64,000 nt of DNA from Nitrobacter sp. (lineage in GTDB: Bacteria > Pseudomonadota > Alphaproteobacteria > Rhizobiales > Xanthobacteraceae): assembly GCA_035546855.1 (NCBI GenBank), contig DASZVY010000034.1, positions 20,195 through 84,194 of the forward strand, in the 5' to 3' direction. The position numbers and the translations under genes were made by a program. Positions within the stretch are counted from its first letter, which is position 1. Each line of letters starts with the position of its first letter. Of this stretch, positions 43,983 to 54,013 are shown piece after piece. Under the pieces are notes generated by a model, which saw only the letters and a list, made by a program, of their open reading frames with translations, was not told the origin of the DNA and did not search any database.

Positions 43983-45584
43983 TTAGAGTCCGGTCCCGGC
44001 GCTCATGATGGGCCTGTGGGCGGCGCGAGGCTTCGCATCGGCGCGAGTCCCGGCCCGCTCCGGCTGAAGCGGTGGAGCTTCCTCGGCCATCGGCGCCAGC
44101 GCCGACATCACCCGCTCCGGCGGGAAGGTGATAATGACCTCGGTGCCGATCCTGAGCTTCGATTTGAGCGTGAACGTGCCGCCGTGCATGTCGACCAGAC
44201 TTTTTGCGATCGGCAGCCCGAGCCCGGCGCCTTGCTCGGCCGACTTGATGGAATTGGAGCCCTGGCCGAACGACGCCAGCACGATCGGTATTTCGTCTTC
44301 CGCGATGCCCGAGCCGTTGTCCCGGACGCTCAGATACTGTCCCCCGGAAGCGGTCCAGCCGACCTTCAACCAGATTTCGCCACCCTGTGGCGTGAACTTG
44401 ATCGCGTTCGACAGCAGGTTGAGGACGATCTGGCGGATGGCACGCTCGTCGCCCCAAATCCGGGGCATGCCCTGCTCGAACACCTCGTGGATGCGGATAT
44501 TGCGGCTGGAGGCCCGCAGTTTCAGCAGGTGATAGCAGTCGGCGACCACGTGCACGAGCGAGACGGCTTCTTCCTTCAGTTCGTATCGGCCGGCTTCGAT
44601 GCGCGACAGGTCGAGGATTTCGTTGATGAGATTGAGAAGATGCACGCCCGAATTGTGGATGTCGGCCGAGTAGTCCTTGTAAACGCCAACCGCGTGCGCG
44701 CCAAAAATCTCGCTTTTCATCACCTCGGAAAAGCCGAGGATGGCGTTGAGCGGCGTTCTCAATTCGTGGCTCATCTGCGCGAGAAACCGCGACTTGGCGA
44801 CGTTGGCCGATTCCGCGCGATGGCGGGCCTCGTCGGAAATCGCCTTGGCCTGTTCGAGTTCGCCGATCAGCGCGTCCTTTTCCGCGCGCGCCTCGAGGGC
44901 GGCGAGGGTTGTCGAATGCAGCCGGTGGGCCAGCAGGGCGAAATAGCCTTCGGCCGCGATGGCAAGGAATGCCAATACATAATTGTCGAAGGTGCCGGTC
45001 AGCACGAATTTCAGGGCGATGGCCGACGTCACCGGCGCCGTCGCGGCAAATGCCGCGGTGGGCAGACCCGCCGCCAGCATGCTCGAGACCGCGACGACGA
45101 TCAGCATCAGGAACATCATCAGGCTGTTCGAGACCGCGTCGAGGCCGAACGGATAGGCAAGGACGGTGGTCCAGCACAGGCCATACAGCAGATCGAGCAG
45201 TACGAACCGTATCCGCCATCTGCGCGAAAAGCCGGGAACGGGTTGCTCTCTCAGGAATGTCCGGCAGGCACGAACGATGACGGCATGGACGCCGAGCAGT
45301 CCGCAGGTCCAGATCGCGGCCGGGATCGGGCGGACCCAAAGACCGAACAGCACGCCGGTGGTGACAATGAGCAGCATGACCACGAACGAGGCCGACAATC
45401 GCGCCTGCGCATATTGCCGGAGCAGTTCGTGGTCGAAGGCGGGGCGGGTACCGCTGGTGGATGTCAGCCGATCGCGAGCTTCGCGCACCCGTTGAGCGGC
45501 CACCCGTCGATTGCGCGGCGACGGCTCAACTGGCGAAGCCACCGGAAGTTCGACGACTTCAGGTTTATCGGCGGAGATACTCAT
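43983..45584 (-). CDS. Membrane sensor histidine kinase (HisKA + HATPase_c)
   Basis: ORF 43983..45596 (TTG). ATG at 45584 (MSISADKPE). H-box FLAQMSHELRTPLNAILGF, N box LLSNAIKFT and G boxes DNGSGI / GAGLGLPI. Several N-terminal TM helices. Confidence 0.85.
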   Translation of the reverse strand: MSISADKPEVVELPVASPVEPSPRNRRVAAQRVREARDRLTSTSGTRPAFDHELLRQYAQARLSASFVVMLLIVTTGVLFGLWVRPIPAAIWTCGLLGVHAVIVRACRTFLREQPVPGFSRRWRIRFVLLDLLYGLCWTTVLAYPFGLDAVSNSLMMFLMLIVVAVSSMLAAGLPTAAFAATAPVTSAIALKFVLTGTFDNYVLAFLAIAAEGYFALLAHRLHSTTLAALEARAEKDALIGELEQAKAISDEARHRAESANVAKSRFLAQMSHELRTPLNAILGFSEVMKSEIFGAHAVGVYKDYSADIHNSGVHLLNLINEILDLSRIEAGRYELKEEAVSLVHVVADCYHLLKLRASSRNIRIHEVFEQGMPRIWGDERAIRQIVLNLLSNAIKFTPQGGEIWLKVGWTASGGQYLSVRDNGSGIAEDEIPIVLASFGQGSNSIKSAEQGAGLGLPIAKSLVDMHGGTFTLKSKLRIGTEVIITFPPERVMSALAPMAEEAPPLQPERAGTRADAKPRAAHRPIMSAGTGL

Positions 45585-45752
45585 CAACAAACACAAATTC
45601 CGAACGCGACCGCGCGAGCTTTCGCGCGTCTTATCTCTGGCGCTAAATTCTTAAGAGCGGCCTTAAGGAGATAGATAAACGCGTTAACAGAATCTAAATT
45701 TCGCGGCGGATCGGATGAACAGCGGCATTTCTGGCGCCCGCCGTTCTCATTC

Positions 45753-45828
45753 TAGTGTGGTGGGTCAGAAGTTCGCTTCAATTTATCGACACGCTCTTCA
45801 AGCGAACTTCTGAACCTGAACCACACTA
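45753..45828. repeat. 76-nt imperfect palindromic element, copy 1
   Basis: Outer stem TAGTGTGGT/ACCACACTA (9 bp). Inner stem TCAGAAGTTCGCTT/AAGCGAACTTCTGA (14 bp). Asymmetric internal loop. Confidence 0.8.
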
Positions 45829-45843
45829 AAAATCATAAACTTG

Positions 45844-45919
45844 CTAGTGTCCCTTTGAGTCCGAAGTTCGCATCGAAGGTTCCCGCAAGCGCTTGCGAAC
45901 TTCGGAATCGGGACACTAG
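45844..45919. repeat. 76-nt imperfect palindromic element, copy 2
   Basis: Outer stem CTAGTGTCCC/GGGACACTAG (10 bp). Inner stem TCCGAAGTTCGCA/TGCGAACTTCGGA (13 bp). Shares TAGTGT...GAAGTTCGC...GCGAACTTC...ACACTA with copy 1. Ends 10 nt from the stop of the 45930 gene. Confidence 0.8.
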
Positions 45920-45929
45920 CGTCACGAAA

Positions 45930-46799
45930 CTAACGTTCGAGGCGCGCGAGCAGGCTCGATGTATCCCATCGGCGGCCGCCCATCGTCTCGACTTCCGAAT
46001 AGAAGGCATCGACAAGGGCCGTGACGGGGAGGCTGGCCCCGTTGCGGCGGGATTCGGCGAGGCAGATCGAGAGATCCTTTCGCATCCATTCGACGGCAAA
46101 ACCGAAATCGAATTTGCCTTCGTTCATGGTTTTGTAGCGGTTCTCCATCTGCCAGGACTGGGCCGCGCCCTTGGAGATCACCTCGATCACCGAATTGACG
46201 TCGAGTCCCGATTTCTTTGCGAAGTGAATGCCTTCGGAGAGACCCTCGACCAGTCCGGCGATACAAATCTGGTTGACCATCTTGGTGAGTTGGCCGGAAC
46301 CTGCCGGTCCCAGAAGCTTGCACATCCGGGCATAGGCGGCGATGACCGGCTCGGCGCCGGCGTAAGCATCCTCCGCGCCGCCGCACATCACGGTCAAAAC
46401 GCCATTTTCGGCGCCGGCTTGCCCGCCCGATACCGGAGCATCGATGAACTTGAAGCCGCGCTTCCTGGCTTCGCTGTCCAGTTCGCGCGCGACCTGGGCG
46501 GAGGCGGTGGTGTGATCGACAAAAGTCGCGCCCGCTTTCATACCGGCAAAGGCGCCGTCGGACCCGATCGTCACGGCGCGAAGATCGTCGTCATTGCCGA
46601 CGCAGGCCATGACGAAATCCTGGCCTTCCGCGGCGGCCTTGGGGGTGGGGGTGGTCTTTCCGCCAAACTTGTCGGCCCATGCTTTCGCCTTGGCTGGCGT
46701 CCGGTTGTAAACCGTCACCTGATGACCGCCCTTGGTCACGAGATGTCCCGCCATGGGGAAACCCATGACGCCGAGGCCGAGAAAAGCAACTTTAGCCAT
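45930..46799 (-). CDS. NAD(P)-dependent 3-hydroxyisobutyrate dehydrogenase-family oxidoreductase
   Basis: ORF 45930..46895. ATG at 46799 (MAKVAFLGLGVMGFPMAGHL, Rossmann motif). DAPVSGG motif. Confidence 0.85.
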   Translation of the reverse strand: MAKVAFLGLGVMGFPMAGHLVTKGGHQVTVYNRTPAKAKAWADKFGGKTTPTPKAAAEGQDFVMACVGNDDDLRAVTIGSDGAFAGMKAGATFVDHTTASAQVARELDSEARKRGFKFIDAPVSGGQAGAENGVLTVMCGGAEDAYAGAEPVIAAYARMCKLLGPAGSGQLTKMVNQICIAGLVEGLSEGIHFAKKSGLDVNSVIEVISKGAAQSWQMENRYKTMNEGKFDFGFAVEWMRKDLSICLAESRRNGASLPVTALVDAFYSEVETMGGRRWDTSSLLARLER

Positions 46800-47077
46800 G
46801 TCTGAAACCTTCATTTTGGCAGGCGACGGAAATCGATCCTGCCGAGCACAGTTCTGAGGATGTCGGTCGAAGCTGGATGACCTGAGAGGAACCACCGGTC
46901 AACAGCCGGCGGGAAGCATAGACCTTCACGCATTGGCGGCAAAGCCCGCGTTGATTGGTGCGCTGCAAGATAATGGTTGTCCGGGACAAGCAGGACGCAT
47001 GCGCGATGCGCAATTCAACAAGCGATGGAAACAAGTTAGAGTTCGATTCTCGCTTCCCGCATCAGGAGTAAAGTCAC

Positions 47078-47467
47078 ATGGGCGTGGGTGTGCTCGACCA
47101 CTTCAATGTCCGGACGCGGCAGCTCGCTGAAACCGTTCGTTTCTACGAGGAGGTTCTCGGCCTGACGAACGGTGACCGGCCCAACTTCAGTTTTCCCGGC
47201 GCTTGGCTTTACAGCGAGGGCAAGCCGGTCGTGCATCTCGTCGACATTTCGCCGACATCAGAAGTGCAAAAGCCGGACTCCGGTGTCGTCCATCACATCG
47301 CCTTCGTCAGCCGCGGTTTCAGGCAGATGAAACAGCGGCTTCAGGCGAAGGGTTTTCCATTCGACACACGCGAGGTGCCGGGCGGTGAGCTCTGGCAGAT
47401 TTTCGTCCGCGACCCGAATGGCGTGATGATCGAGCTCAATTATGAGGCTGCGGCAGAGAAAGACTAG
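47078..47467 (+). CDS. Glyoxalase/bleomycin-resistance/dioxygenase (VOC) family protein
   Basis: 129 aa. LDHFNVRTRQLAETVRFYEEVLGL and HHIAF are VOC-fold patterns. Confidence 0.75.
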   Translation: MGVGVLDHFNVRTRQLAETVRFYEEVLGLTNGDRPNFSFPGAWLYSEGKPVVHLVDISPTSEVQKPDSGVVHHIAFVSRGFRQMKQRLQAKGFPFDTREVPGGELWQIFVRDPNGVMIELNYEAAAEKD

Positions 47468-47472
47468 CCCCC

Positions 47473-47525
47473 CTATTTGACGGGCCTATACCTTTGCTGC
47501 GAATTCCTTCAGGCTCGTCAAATAG
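47473..47525. other. Long hairpin (14-bp stem with 1 mismatch, 25-nt loop) just after the VOC gene stop
   Basis: CTATTTGACGGGCC ... GGCTCGTCAAATAG, read directly. Confidence 0.6.
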
Positions 47526-47565
47526 AAAAGCGGTACGAGAATCACATGCTTGCTGGTGCCCTTTG

Positions 47566-47618
47566 GTTTTCGACGTTCGTGTCAAAGGGTGCTGCGCCGT
47601 ATCACGAACGTCGAAAAC
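47566..47618. other. Long hairpin (perfect 16-bp stem, 21-nt loop) just upstream of the secreted-protein gene
   Basis: GTTTTCGACGTTCGTG ... CACGAACGTCGAAAAC, read directly. Confidence 0.7.
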
Positions 47619-47631
47619 AGGACACTTGCGC

Positions 47632-48540
47632 TTGATTTCGGATTTCCCGTTTCTCCATTGGAGCTTGAGCAAGCTTTCTGCTGCGATCCCTGCAGCCGGG
47701 TTGACGCTGTTTGCCGCGACCGTTCCTGTCGGACCGGCGCAGGCATCGGAGATTCTCGGATCAAAACCTGCCTTCGTAACTCGTCCGCTGTCCGACGTCC
47801 CCAACGCCGATGCAATTAGCCGGCGCATGTGGGTGCCCGACATCGACAACGGCTTTGTGCCGCAGGGGCTGGCCTATGCGGGCGGCCAACTTGCGCTGTC
47901 AGGCTATCGCAGCACGGATTCCAAGCAGGGGCGCGGCCCGTGCCGGCTTCTGTTCATATCGCCCGCGACCGGTTCGGTGAGCCGGCGGCTCAACCTGCCG
48001 GGAAGTTGCGGCCATGCGGGCGGAATGGCGGCACTGCCGGACGGGCGTCTGGTCGTCGCGGATACGTACAGCCTTTATGTCGTGTCGCGAGGAAAGGTAT
48101 CCGCCACGATCCGCCTCAAGGGAAAATTGAGGGGCTCGTTTGCGGACGGCGACGGAAAGACGCTCTGGATCGGATCCTACGATCGCTCGGGCGGCACCTT
48201 GTGGCGCATTCCTCCGGCGGCGCTCTCGCGCGCGGAGATCGATGAAGGGGCGGCGGACGCGTCGTTCGCCATCCCGTCACGGGTCCAGGGGCTTGCGTTC
48301 GACCGGAAGGGCGGCGCCTGGCTGACGGTTTCAGGTTCACGGGACGGCGCGTTGCTCCGGATGGATATGAAGGATGGCCACGTCCTCGCAACCTATCCGA
48401 TGCCCGCGGGCATCGAGGACATCGCCGTCGATCATGCCGGACGCATCTGGGCGGTCTCGGAGGCGGGCTCGATCCGGTGGTCGAAGTGGTCGACGAACTA
48501 TCCGCTCATATTTGCCATCGACCCTCAGCGCCTGCATTGA
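47632..48540 (+). CDS. Hypothetical secreted protein (possible beta-propeller)
   Basis: ORF 47494..48540. It contains no in-frame ATG before the signal peptide LSKLSAAIPAAGLTLFAATVPVGPAQA. Candidate TTG starts are 47626, 47632 (AGGA 9 nt upstream) and 47665. The mature part has repeated hydrophobic/Gly-Asp strands (DIAVDHAGRIWAVSEAG). Confidence 0.55.
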   Translation: MISDFPFLHWSLSKLSAAIPAAGLTLFAATVPVGPAQASEILGSKPAFVTRPLSDVPNADAISRRMWVPDIDNGFVPQGLAYAGGQLALSGYRSTDSKQGRGPCRLLFISPATGSVSRRLNLPGSCGHAGGMAALPDGRLVVADTYSLYVVSRGKVSATIRLKGKLRGSFADGDGKTLWIGSYDRSGGTLWRIPPAALSRAEIDEGAADASFAIPSRVQGLAFDRKGGAWLTVSGSRDGALLRMDMKDGHVLATYPMPAGIEDIAVDHAGRIWAVSEAGSIRWSKWSTNYPLIFAIDPQRLH

Positions 48541-48640
48541 ACCGCCTGAGATACGTCGTCATTTGGCGTTGAAGGCGAGTTGACCGCGTTGCTTCGCGCG
48601 CCCATGTTGATCTCGTGAGCAGACATCACGGAGGAAGATC

Positions 48641-49759
48641 GTGACACGGCAGCAGGTTCTCGACGCTCTCGCCAAGGTCACAACCCCCCGGGGCGTTCCG
48701 TTAACCGATGCCCATGCTCTCTCCGAGATCGCCATCAACGATGGCCGGGTATTTTTTTCGATCAATGTCGAGGCTCAAGAGGTCCGTGCCTGGGAGGCCG
48801 CCCGCGCTCAGGCGGAGGCGGCCGTCAAGGCCATCCCGGGCGTGTCGGTCGTAATGGTGGCCCTGACCGCGGAACGGAAACCGGGGACGCCGAACCGCCA
48901 GGCGGCCAGAGGAGTCCAGCCTGTGTCGGCCCACCGTCCGCATCAGCCGCCGGGCGCGAATTCGCCGATGTCGCGCCGGGCGGAGATTCCGGGGATCGCT
49001 GCGGTGATCGCGGTAGCTTCAGGCAAGGGTGGGGTCGGCAAGTCCACCACCGCGATCAACCTTGCGCTGGGGCTGCGCGACCAGGGCCTGCGCGTCGGTC
49101 TGCTCGATGCCGATATCTACGGTCCGTCGGTGCCGCGACTGGCGGGCATCCACGAGAAGCCAAAACTGACCGGCGACAAGAAGATGATTCCGATCGAGCG
49201 CTTCGGACTCTCCATCATGTCCATCGGCTTCCTCGTCGAGGAGGACACTGCGATGATCTGGCGCGGTCCGATGGTGATGTCGGCCATCACCCAGATGCTG
49301 CGCGACGTCGCATGGGGCAGTCTCGACGTTCTCGTGGTGGACATGCCGCCGGGCACCGGTGACGCTCAATTGACGCTGGCGCAGAGCGTGCCGCTGAAGG
49401 GCGCCGTCATCGTTTCGACCCCGCAGGACCTCTCGCTCATCGACGCGCGGCGGGGGCTCGCCATGTTCAGGAAGGTCGATGTTCCCGTTCTCGGCATCGT
49501 CGAGAACATGAGCTACTTCCAGTGTCCGCATTGCGGGACCCGGTCCGATATTTTCGGCCATGGCGGGGCGCGGCATGAGGCGGAGCGGCTTGGAGTGCCC
49601 TTCCTGGGCGAAATCCCGCTCGATATGACCATCCGGACCACATCGGACTCCGGGGCGCCGGTTGTGGACAGCGAGCCGAACGGACCGCATGCGGCGATCT
49701 ACCGGGCCATTGGCGCCAAGGTGCGGGATCAGCTTCAAGGCACGATTGCGGCGGCGTGA
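48641..49759 (+). CDS. apbC: Fe-S cluster carrier ATPase Mrp/ApbC
   Basis: GTG start after GGAGGAAG. N-terminal DUF59-like region, deviant Walker A ASGKGGVGKSTT and the CPHCG Fe-S ligand motif. Confidence 0.9.
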   Translation: MTRQQVLDALAKVTTPRGVPLTDAHALSEIAINDGRVFFSINVEAQEVRAWEAARAQAEAAVKAIPGVSVVMVALTAERKPGTPNRQAARGVQPVSAHRPHQPPGANSPMSRRAEIPGIAAVIAVASGKGGVGKSTTAINLALGLRDQGLRVGLLDADIYGPSVPRLAGIHEKPKLTGDKKMIPIERFGLSIMSIGFLVEEDTAMIWRGPMVMSAITQMLRDVAWGSLDVLVVDMPPGTGDAQLTLAQSVPLKGAVIVSTPQDLSLIDARRGLAMFRKVDVPVLGIVENMSYFQCPHCGTRSDIFGHGGARHEAERLGVPFLGEIPLDMTIRTTSDSGAPVVDSEPNGPHAAIYRAIGAKVRDQLQGTIAAA

Positions 49760-49960
49760 GCCGCATATCGTTGGATTGTACCGGACCCATTCGACTTTGG
49801 TTTAGGTCAAATGCGATCGGCGCGAGCCGAGGTCCGTTTCCGCCGCCCGACTTCCATGTTAGAGAGCCTTCCGCCAAAGCGCTTGAATCGAGACCGAACC
49901 GGGCTTGCCGGTCGCTTACGGAAAAAATTCGAAGAAACGTCCTGTTATGGAGATATCTGA

Positions 49961-51049
<1,089 letters not shown>

Positions 51050-51077
51050 TCATCTTCTAAAGTATAAGATGTGTCTG

Positions 51078-51108
51078 GCCCGGCCTTCGCAAGGAGGCCG
51101 GGCTTTTT
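51078..51108 (+). terminator. Rho-independent terminator
   Basis: GCCCGGCCT-tcgcaagg-AGGCCGGGC followed by TTTTT. Confidence 0.8.
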
Positions 51109-51222
51109 GCGTTGCGACAACCCAGTTCGCGATGGAAATCATCATCGACTTGTTCCATGCTCGCGATCAGGCCTCGGCAAGAAGGCTTTCACACAAGCAC
51201 AATCAGGCAGGGAGAAAGATCA

Positions 51223-52311
51223 ATGAAGCGAAGAGACTTCATCAAGGTAACCGGGCTTGGTGCCATTGGCGCCGCTACCGTGGCGGCGCCTGCGATTGCG
51301 CAGTCGATGCCCGAACTCAAGTGGCGCATGACGGCGAGCTGGCCGAAATCGCTGGATACACTCTACGGCGGCGCCGAGATGATGGCGAAAGCCGTCGCCG
51401 AGGCGACCGACAACAAATTCCAGATTCAGTCGTTTGCGGCGGGTGAAATCGTGCCGGGACTGCAGGTGCTCGACGCCGTTCAGAACGGGACCGTCGAGCT
51501 TGGACACACCGCGTCATATTACTACTTCGGCAAGGACCCCACATTCGCGATGGGCTCCGCCATCCCGTTCGGCCCCAACATGCGGATCAACCAGGCCTGG
51601 TACATGCTGGGCGGCGGCAAGGAAGTGCTCAACGGCTTCTACAAGAACTACAACGTCTATTCGATCCTCGCCGGCAATACCGGCTGCCAGATGGGCGGCT
51701 GGTTCCGCAAGGAGATCAAAACGGTCGACGACCTGAAGGGCCTGAAGATGCGCATCGGCGGATTCGCCGGGCGCACCATGCAGAGGCTCGGCGTCGTGCC
51801 GCAGCAGCTCGCCGGCGGCGATATCTATCCGGCGCTGGAGAAGGGAACGATCGATGCGGCCGAGTGGGTCGGACCGTATGACGACGAGAAGCTCGGTTTC
51901 TACAAGGTCGCGCCGCATTACTACTATCCTGGCTGGTGGGAAGGCGGCCCAATGCTGTTGGCCTACGTCAATCTCGACAAGTGGAATGCCCTGCCGAAAT
52001 ATTATCAGCACGTTCTCGAGCTTGCGGGCCAGTATGCCAACAACTGGATGATGGCGAAATACGATCAGGTCAATCCGACGTCCCTGAAGAAGCTTCTGGC
52101 CGGCGGCACCAAGCTGCACGCGTTCTCGCCGGCCATCATGGAAGCGAGCTACAAGGCGGCCAAGGAAGTGAACAAGGAAGTTGCGGCGACCAACGCGAAT
52201 TTCAAAAAGGTCTATGATTCGCTGACGTCGTTCTCCAACGACGGCTATGAATGGTTCCAGGTCGCTGAAATCGGCTACGACACCTTCATGGCACGTCACC
52301 TGCACGGGTAA
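51223..52311 (+). CDS. TRAP transporter solute-binding protein (DctP family) with Tat signal, paralog 2
   Basis: ORF 51112..52311. ATG at 51223 (MKRRDFIKVTGLGAIGAATVAAPAIAQ). Collinear with paralog 1, with long identical runs ([47 protein letters not shown]). Confidence 0.85.
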   Translation: MKRRDFIKVTGLGAIGAATVAAPAIAQSMPELKWRMTASWPKSLDTLYGGAEMMAKAVAEATDNKFQIQSFAAGEIVPGLQVLDAVQNGTVELGHTASYYYFGKDPTFAMGSAIPFGPNMRINQAWYMLGGGKEVLNGFYKNYNVYSILAGNTGCQMGGWFRKEIKTVDDLKGLKMRIGGFAGRTMQRLGVVPQQLAGGDIYPALEKGTIDAAEWVGPYDDEKLGFYKVAPHYYYPGWWEGGPMLLAYVNLDKWNALPKYYQHVLELAGQYANNWMMAKYDQVNPTSLKKLLAGGTKLHAFSPAIMEASYKAAKEVNKEVAATNANFKKVYDSLTSFSNDGYEWFQVAEIGYDTFMARHLHG

Positions 52312-52341
52312 GGCTCGTCTTCCAGGGTCGAACAACCAAAA

Positions 52342-52375
52342 ACACCCCGGAGCCGGACTCCGGGGTGTTTCGTTT
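52342..52375. terminator. Bidirectional rho-independent terminator between convergent TRAP genes
   Basis: ACACCCCGGAG-ccgga-CTCCGGGGTGT, flanked by an A-run upstream and TTTCGTTT downstream. Confidence 0.8.
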
Positions 52376-52405
52376 ATGCTGTGAGTGGATGAGGGGCGGA
52401 GGCCG

Positions 52406-54013
52406 CTATTGCGTTTTCGCGGGCGGCCCGAAATCCAGCGGAGGAGCGTCGATCTGAGGCACGTCGATCTGGATCTTGTTCAGGTCGATTTTCTCCGGTT
52501 TCTCGAGCAGGCCAGTTACCGTCCACGGGAAGGCGATGACGATGAGCACCATGATCACCTGCAGGACGATCCAAGGCATCGCACCCCAGTAGATATCGGA
52601 GCTCTTTACTTCCTTCGGCGCCACGCCGCGCAGATAGAACAGTGCGAAGCCGAACGGCGGATGCAGGAACGACGTCTGCATGTTGACGCACAGCATGACG
52701 CCGAACCAGATCAGCGCCGGACCATCGCCCACGACCGGCCCGAGGATCTTTTGCGCGATCGGCGCAATCATCGGCAGGATGATGAATGCGATCTCGAAGA
52801 AATCGAGGAAGAACGCCAGAAAGAAAATAAAGGCGTTGATGAAGATGAGGAAGCCCCAGGCGCCGCCGGGCAGTGACGTCAGCAGATGCTCCAGCCATTC
52901 GCCGCCGGAGACGCCGAGAAACACCACCGAGAAACAGGTCGAGCCGATCAGGATGAACGTCACCATGGTGGTGAGGCGCATGGTCGACTCATAGCCTTGC
53001 TTGATGAGGTCACGCAGCTCGGGGATGCGGACAGCCTCGAGGCAGATCCAGACGACCGCGAGATAGGTGATGGCGAAAGCGAGCTTGAAGACGAGCCCTT
53101 CCGTCATGTAGATGCCAATCAGCGTGCCGATGCCACCGGCAATGATGCCGACGATCAGAACCTTGCGGCCCGTGCTGCTGAAGTCCTTGTGATGAATGGC
53201 GGCCAGCACGATCGCGCCGACGGCTCCCATGGCGCCGGCCTCGGTCGGCGTCGCAAGTCCCATCATCATGGTGCCGAGCACGACGAAGATCAGCACGGCG
53301 GACGGAATGATGCCCATCAGGCATTTCTTCCACAGCGCCCAGCCGGTCAGCGTGCGGGCTTCCTTCGGCACCGGCGGAACGTGGTCCGGTTTGACGAGGC
53401 CGAGCAGGAAAGTATAGCCGGCGAACAGGAAGATCTGGAAAACCGACGGGCCCCACGCGCCGAGATACATATCGCCGACCGACTTGCCGAGCTGGTCGGC
53501 GAGCACGATCAACACCAGCGAAGGCGGAACGAGTTGCGTGATCGTGCCCGATGCCGCCAGCACGCCGGTGATATAACGGATGTTGTAGCCGTAACGCATC
53601 ATCACCGGCATCGAGATCAGGGCCATGGCGATGACTTGCGCCGCGACCGTACCGGTGATCGCACCGAGAATGAATCCGACCAGAATAACGGAATAGCCAA
53701 GGCCGCCGCGGATAGGACCGAACAGTTGTCCCATCGAGTCCAGCATGTCCTCCGCGAGACCGCAGCGCTCGAGCACAGCGCCCATGAAAGTGAAGAAAGG
53801 AATCGCGAGCAGCAGGTCGTTGGACAGAACGCTGCCGAAGATACGGCCGGGGATGGCCTGAAGGAAATTCAGGTCGAAGAAGCCGAGGTGAATGGCGAGA
53901 AAACCGAACGACAGGCCGACGGCTGCGAGCGTGAACGCAACCGGAAAGCCGATCAGCATGGCCAGAACCAGGCCGCCGAACATCAGCGGCGGCATCATTC
54001 CGAGCGTAATCAT
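52406..54013 (-). CDS. TRAP transporter large permease subunit (DctM-type, 535 aa)
   Basis: Polytopic membrane protein. The ATG overlaps the stop of the small-subunit gene (ATGA). Confidence 0.85.
   Translation of the reverse strand: MITLGMMPPLMFGGLVLAMLIGFPVAFTLAAVGLSFGFLAIHLGFFDLNFLQAIPGRIFGSVLSNDLLLAIPFFTFMGAVLERCGLAEDMLDSMGQLFGPIRGGLGYSVILVGFILGAITGTVAAQVIAMALISMPVMMRYGYNIRYITGVLAASGTITQLVPPSLVLIVLADQLGKSVGDMYLGAWGPSVFQIFLFAGYTFLLGLVKPDHVPPVPKEARTLTGWALWKKCLMGIIPSAVLIFVVLGTMMMGLATPTEAGAMGAVGAIVLAAIHHKDFSSTGRKVLIVGIIAGGIGTLIGIYMTEGLVFKLAFAITYLAVVWICLEAVRIPELRDLIKQGYESTMRLTTMVTFILIGSTCFSVVFLGVSGGEWLEHLLTSLPGGAWGFLIFINAFIFFLAFFLDFFEIAFIILPMIAPIAQKILGPVVGDGPALIWFGVMLCVNMQTSFLHPPFGFALFYLRGVAPKEVKSSDIYWGAMPWIVLQVIMVLIVIAFPWTVTGLLEKPEKIDLNKIQIDVPQIDAPPLDFGPPAKTQ

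Noticed and set aside
45684-45698. CtrA-like box TTAA-N7-TAAA upstream of the histidine kinase gene, and a nearby CTTAAG-N6-CTTAAG.
   Set aside because: One half-site is degenerate, and the second candidate has N8 spacing between TTAA elements. A single weak match is expected by chance in an AT-richer intergenic region.
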